From the NCBI GenBank assembly GCA_046583315.1, contig JAYGCN010000223.1, positions 1-10,749 on the forward strand: DNA of 10,749 nucleotides, given 5' to 3'. The notes below the pieces were generated by a model. It searched no databases. It was not told where the DNA came from and saw only the letters and a program-made list of their open reading frames with translations. The position numbers and the translations under genes were made by a program. Below, one piece after another: positions 8,301 to 10,749 of this stretch; the first letter of the stretch is position 1; the number at the start of each line of letters is the position of its first letter. Origin of the DNA: Candidatus Hydrogenedentota bacterium. GTDB lineage: Bacteria > Hydrogenedentota > Hydrogenedentia > Hydrogenedentales > GCA-2746185.

Positions 8301-9126
8301 TAATCGTCTCGTCATCAGACTGTTCCCAATCGTCCAACGCGCTAATCAGATCCAATGCCGAGGTGTACCGCATCTTCGGATCTTTGCTCGTCGCCTTCAT
8401 GATAATTTTTTCAAGGCTGGAAGAGACATCCGGGCGAAGCTCACGCACTTTCTGCATCGGACGATTTATGATCAGATGCATCAACGCCGCCGGATTGCTC
8501 GCCTTGAATCCGGGCGTACCCGTGAGCAACTCAAAAAGCGTCACCCCTAAGGCATACGTGTCCGTCGCAATGCCCGCCGCACCCCCTTCAAAAAGTTCCG
8601 GGGCCATATACCGCGGGGTCCCGAGATGATCACCCGCCATCGTGAGCTCCGCATTGCTCTCCGTAAGGCGTGCCAGACCAAAATCCGCCACCTTCAATAG
8701 CATGTCATCGTTCACCAACAAATTGGCCGGTTTGATATCCCGATGAATTATTCCCTTCGGATGCGCCTTGCTCAGCGCACCCGCCGCTTGGCGAATCAAA
8801 TCGACCGCAAGATCAATCTCCAGCGGACCACGCGACTGGAGTAATTCCGCCAGATTCTGCCCCTCCACCAGCTCCATCGCTATATAATAGTGACCGCCAT
8901 CCTCCCCGATCGCGTACACCGTGACCATGTTCGGATGATTCAAGGTCGCCGCCACCATCGCCTCACGTTTGAAACGGGTGACCAGGTCGGGATGTTCTTT
9001 AAGGTGAGCAGGAAGAATTTTTAAGGCCACATGGCGACCAAGCGTCGGATCAAGTGCCTTGTACACGATGCCCATGGCACCGCGTCCAAGCTCTCCAACC
9101 ACTTCATATCCTGCAATTGTTTTCAT
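5386..9126 (-). CDS. Multidomain Ser/Thr protein kinase - TIR-like - degenerate NB-ARC (STAND) - TPR repeat protein
   Basis: Intact Hanks kinase motifs (GRGAMGIVY, VALK, HRDIKPAN, DFG, GTPRYMAPE) at about 9126-8330. TIR_2-like 'DFYIHY..DEQWAEWL...ASPYYL....QSEW' from about 8022. NB-ARC-like 'IWSVP....YVGR...GIGMTQLAVEFA....YSVVWWV...WLIIFDDV' at about 7563-6900. C-terminal TPR array. Confidence 0.9.
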   Translation of the reverse strand: MKTIAGYEVVGELGRGAMGIVYKALDPTLGRHVALKILPAHLKEHPDLVTRFKREAMVAATLNHPNMVTVYAIGEDGGHYYIAMELVEGQNLAELLQSRGPLEIDLAVDLIRQAAGALSKAHPKGIIHRDIKPANLLVNDDMLLKVADFGLARLTESNAELTMAGDHLGTPRYMAPELFEGGAAGIATDTYALGVTLFELLTGTPGFKASNPAALMHLIINRPMQKVRELRPDVSSSLEKIIMKATSKDPKMRYTSALDLISALDDWEQSDDETISLEDTVRPLPVDVPDSLGVGSLIPAIENSSIPMTPTSLGSAGGASDEPPLAEVTPTFMQQSFAESALSADTPPPGNMDGIAQMTPPPLPKDELDFYIHYVPMDEQWAEWLYHLLTGVGYNARKLPWDSNDPHETLRQLLKQTNRGIKSIAVASPYYLDAVHGQSEWIMALHDGRWAPFPVMVLNCVNMASTFGTNNYIDLVKQTREKARVLLLQECEELRGKPRRKATSTRLKRKKKAQVPKLKDTIWSVPWRMASHYVGRSLLLEKMRQRINVQGGFVTMVNPAPDSIGIGMTQLAVEFANLNKSNYSVVWWVRGSSRVSIQEDLSELVDKLGLEEKSTAKINIRLAALKRWLELNTSWLIIFDDVRNWKVLREYLPREHSGHVLSTTNSAQWPKEANPISMPTLNRQESVELLFSSTKIRSEGAAAALAASLSDTVLALMLASDYMVQAKVGYDQYYDMFVAEHRKIWGVANPALNPISVIRTAVLVSLKHVRDENPIALDLMKALTYLGDGPFPVSYVVSGAKPFPRALKKTLQNPRKFNELFTLLKSYKLILLEDERVSVTPGIKQAVLYWLELDLEAEETEGNEEATMLLRSARWEQKSTVAWADLMGRFYEELVPEPDQVQQIHENGWLVPHIADYLRVVKTAPVDSVITSSLWLYISTYLWMKADYVRASSACRYAIEERIKVLGPTHKKIAEMYLHSGNVYRAQGDNQRARTEYERALEILEKGRGKGTEEMASTLQQIGNICMDLEDYSGARQAYRRALEMDIKLKGADHEAVCRDYTNLGLVAQELEDLTEAWDQYSNGLEIAEKTLADNHPMKAYVVKNMAGLLLRMGDQTTAKDYYLRAVKIDAEIHGKEHPYVAQSYNNLGLIMQNLGDIDSAYDYFENAREINEIVYGKAHPKVAINLLNVGNLLNLKGDLPQAEKYFKKATIIFRERYGENHNHTIAAMKNWRNVRARLKSSQPSR
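5410..6345 (-). repeat. Array of about 7 protein-level 42-aa TPR repeats (TPR_10/TPR_12, kinesin light chain-like) within the kinase gene
   Basis: Recurring unit A..Y.RAL.I.....G..HP..A..Y.NLG......GD at 42-aa period, e.g. AKDYYLRAVKIDAEIHGKEHPYVAQSYNNLGLIMQNLGDIDS. The repeats are diverged at the DNA level. Confidence 0.88.
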
Positions 9127-9129
9127 TAC

Positions 9130-9276
9130 TTAATTCCAGTGCAATATGCAACAGGCACCTATGGAACCGGTCATGTTGATGTCTGCACCGTTGTTCAGGG
9201 TGATATCGGCTATAGCCGATACGCATAACACGAACGAGAGTGCAGGGATTAATACTAACGAGTTGCGATATGACAT
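9130..9276 (-). CDS. Small 48-aa ORF with a signal-peptide-like N-terminus (small secreted peptide or truncated gene remnant)
   Basis: Hand translation: MSYRNSLVLIPALSFVLCVSAIADITLNNGADINMTGSIGACCILHWN*. A strong SD (ACAGGAG) lies 7 nt before the ATG. There is an h-region and an AIA|D cleavage-like site. The TAA lies 3 nt before the kinase ATG. Confidence 0.55.
   Translation of the reverse strand: MSYRNSLVLIPALSFVLCVSAIADITLNNGADINMTGSIGACCILHWN
9204..9221. promoter_or_regulatory. Perfect 18-bp palindrome, possible operator
   Basis: TATCGGCTATAGCCGATA is its own reverse complement and lies about 80 nt upstream of the kinase start. The palindrome is directly visible, but a regulatory role is inference. 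Confidence 0.35.
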
Positions 9277-9504
9277 GGATTTACTCCTGTTTTAAATGTA
9301 CTTTAACGCTTACAACCATCTTCATTTCTTAACAAGACTAGAATAATAACCTAAATATATTGCGGCACCCTTTCAATTACATGACGATTGGGTGACAAAC
9401 TGGTGAATACAGGGAATAGATAGGCTCTGGAGACGGCTCTATGGGTGATGCTAGGGGCTAGGGTTGGATACTAGCAGGCGAGATAAAGGGCCAGTAGCGT
9501 GTTC

Positions 9505-9681
9505 CTACGTCCTTCGTGCGTAAAGCACAAGAACGCCGGAAAATACGACGGTCGCAATGACCAGTGCAGTCACTATAATGTCGCCACCGGAAACACCAAC
9601 GGATTCCGACAGAGATCCGGTAAATCCGATTGAGTCAACGTCAAGAGCTTTTGTGGCAGGGTTTTCTACTTCAGCAATCAT
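9505..9681 (-). CDS. Small 58-aa membrane protein with one C-terminal transmembrane helix
   Basis: Hand translation: MIAEVENPATKALDVDSIGFTGSLSESVGVSGGDIIVTALVIATVVFSGVLVLYARRT*. SD-like TAAGGA 7 nt before the ATG, in-frame stops upstream, and a hydrophobic stretch of about 20 residues followed by RR. Confidence 0.6.
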   Translation of the reverse strand: MIAEVENPATKALDVDSIGFTGSLSESVGVSGGDIIVTALVIATVVFSGVLVLYARRT

Positions 9682-9848
9682 TTGAGAATCCTTAATTGAG
9701 CAGCATTAGAACTAACGATTTCTGAGCAATGATGGATGACACGGAATTGCGGAAATCCAAGCCCAAAGCTCCCACAGGCGTTAAGGGTTCAATATGACGG
9801 AACAGCACCCAGCAAAGGAACGAAGAATCGGTTAATGGACTTTTTTCC

Positions 9849-10006
9849 TTTTTTCCGAACCCTACACGCGGGGACTCAGAGAGAAAAACAAAGATGTGAG
9901 AAGGGGAGAGAGAAAAGAAATAATAGAGTATATATGTAGTAATAAATAATGTTTATAGGGTTGTTCTATTCTTCATTTTTTCCGACTTATTTCCATTTTT
10001 TCCGAC
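9849..10006. repeat. Three direct TTTTTTCCGA repeats flanking a purine-rich and AT-rich low-complexity tract
   Basis: TTTTTTCCGA at 9849-9858, 9976-9985 and 9996-10005. The last two copies extend to CATTTTTTCCGAC with a 20-bp period. There is no C on the + strand from 9890 to 9965. Confidence 0.7.
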
Positions 10007-10097
10007 CGACCATGCTGGACCATGCGACTAGTTCTATTATTTGCCCCTTCGGTAATGTTCCATCAATAGTGGACAGTGAATCCGAGAAAATAATGCC

Positions 10098-10748
10098 CTA
10101 AGGCCTATCACTCGGTTTCTCTTCTACACGAGCCGATGATAGGACTGGCGATATGTACTTGTAATTCGTATTCTTGATGTAGTCTCTAACCTCTGTACCC
10201 TCAGCGACACCGATTCGTTCGTACGTAAATTCATTTTCGGAAAGTGTTGCATTTATTTTGTTGACAATAAATTCAAACTGCTCGCCGAGCCCGGTCGTCT
10301 TGTTCCCGGCATCATCAATTATTATCCTGTGCCACTCATATCTCAACGGTATCCACACGCCATCTACTTCTTGATACGAAATATCGCATTGTTCACCGTA
10401 ACGACCATTGAGCCACTCAATATGGCTTAAGTTGCCACCTCTCCAGAGTGAGAATTCCATATCCATAGTATTCACGCCATCGTCTGTGTATACGTAAAAT
10501 CGAATGTCTTCCTGCCGAACCGAAACCGACTTTGTAGAATTTCCTCTACGGATCTCAAACGCTTCGCGAAGTATATCGGGAAACCCAATGTGAAACTTTG
10601 ATCTGAAATAGTCCATAGGATGAAAATTGGGCGGGAAAGAGCTCGTAAACGTGGCAGGTATTTTCCCCCGATGCCAAATTCGCAAAATACTTTCTGAATC
10701 ATAAGGCATCAATTCAGAATACCGGTCACCCGCTATCAACGTGGCTTC
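10098..10748 (-). CDS. Hypothetical protein, 5'-truncated by the window edge; beta-rich, possibly LolA/outer-membrane-lipoprotein-sorting-like fold
   Basis: The frame is open to the window end (EATLIAGD...), so the TTG at 10739 is probably not the true start. At least 216 codons in lower-GC DNA. The 'YQEVDGVWIP...VNKINATLSENEFT...GTEVRD' pattern resembles C-termini of LolA-like hypothetical proteins (inference). Confidence 0.7.
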   Translation of the reverse strand, partial: EATLIAGDRYSELMPYDSESILRIWHRGKIPATFTSSFPPNFHPMDYFRSKFHIGFPDILREAFEIRRGNSTKSVSVRQEDIRFYVYTDDGVNTMDMEFSLWRGGNLSHIEWLNGRYGEQCDISYQEVDGVWIPLRYEWHRIIIDDAGNKTTGLGEQFEFIVNKINATLSENEFTYERIGVAEGTEVRDYIKNTNYKYISPVLSSARVEEKPSDRP

Positions 10749-10749
10749 A

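Noticed and set aside
9138..9170. Possible sigma54 promoter before the kinase (TTGCA motifs)
   Set aside because: The TTGC elements lack a correctly spaced TGGCAC-like -24 box.
5386..9276. Canonical FxSxx-COOH RiPP cluster
   Set aside because: Only the TIR-NB-ARC-TPR resemblance is present. The small ORF does not end in FxSxx and no radical-SAM gene is in the window.
9385..9470. Short repeats TGGGTGA, GGCTCT and GCTAGGG
   Set aside because: 6-7 bp pairs without regular spacing, compatible with chance.
9736..9939. 67-aa + strand ORF
   Set aside because: Runs through the low-complexity repeat tract with no clear SD or motif. It could at most be a fragment, which I cannot support.
9849..10006. 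Repeats considered as a CRISPR array
   Set aside because: The units are only 10-13 bp with irregular spacing, no spacer-sized unique intervals and no cas genes.
9987..10100. Stop-codon read-through extending the last CDS
   Set aside because: The frame stays open for about 36 codons after the TAG but gives no recognisable motif or TM helix, so there is no support for recoding.

Overview
Bacterial genomic window in two parts. Positions 1-9126 are gene-dense and GC-rich (about 60% in hand-counted lines). They carry a 5'-truncated ArnT/GT39-like membrane glycosyltransferase, a crotonase-family enzyme with the enoyl-CoA isomerase residue pattern, and a secreted heme-c plus PHM/DBH-like di-copper monooxygenase, all on the + strand. 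A PL1 pectate lyase and a 1246-aa multidomain protein (Ser/Thr kinase - TIR-like - degenerate NB-ARC/STAND - 42-aa TPR array) converge on them from the - strand. Positions about 9127-10749 are clearly more AT-rich. They hold two small - strand ORFs missed by the ORF track (a 48-aa signal-peptide ORF ending 3 nt before the kinase start and a 58-aa tail-anchored ORF), a perfect 18-bp palindrome, an origin-like repeat and low-complexity tract, and a 5'-truncated hypothetical gene. The best candidate for an undescribed system is the NLR-like kinase-TIR-pseudoATPase-TPR protein with its coupled small ORF. No rRNA, tRNA, CRISPR array or intact mobile element was seen. All family calls come from motif recognition by eye, not from database searches.
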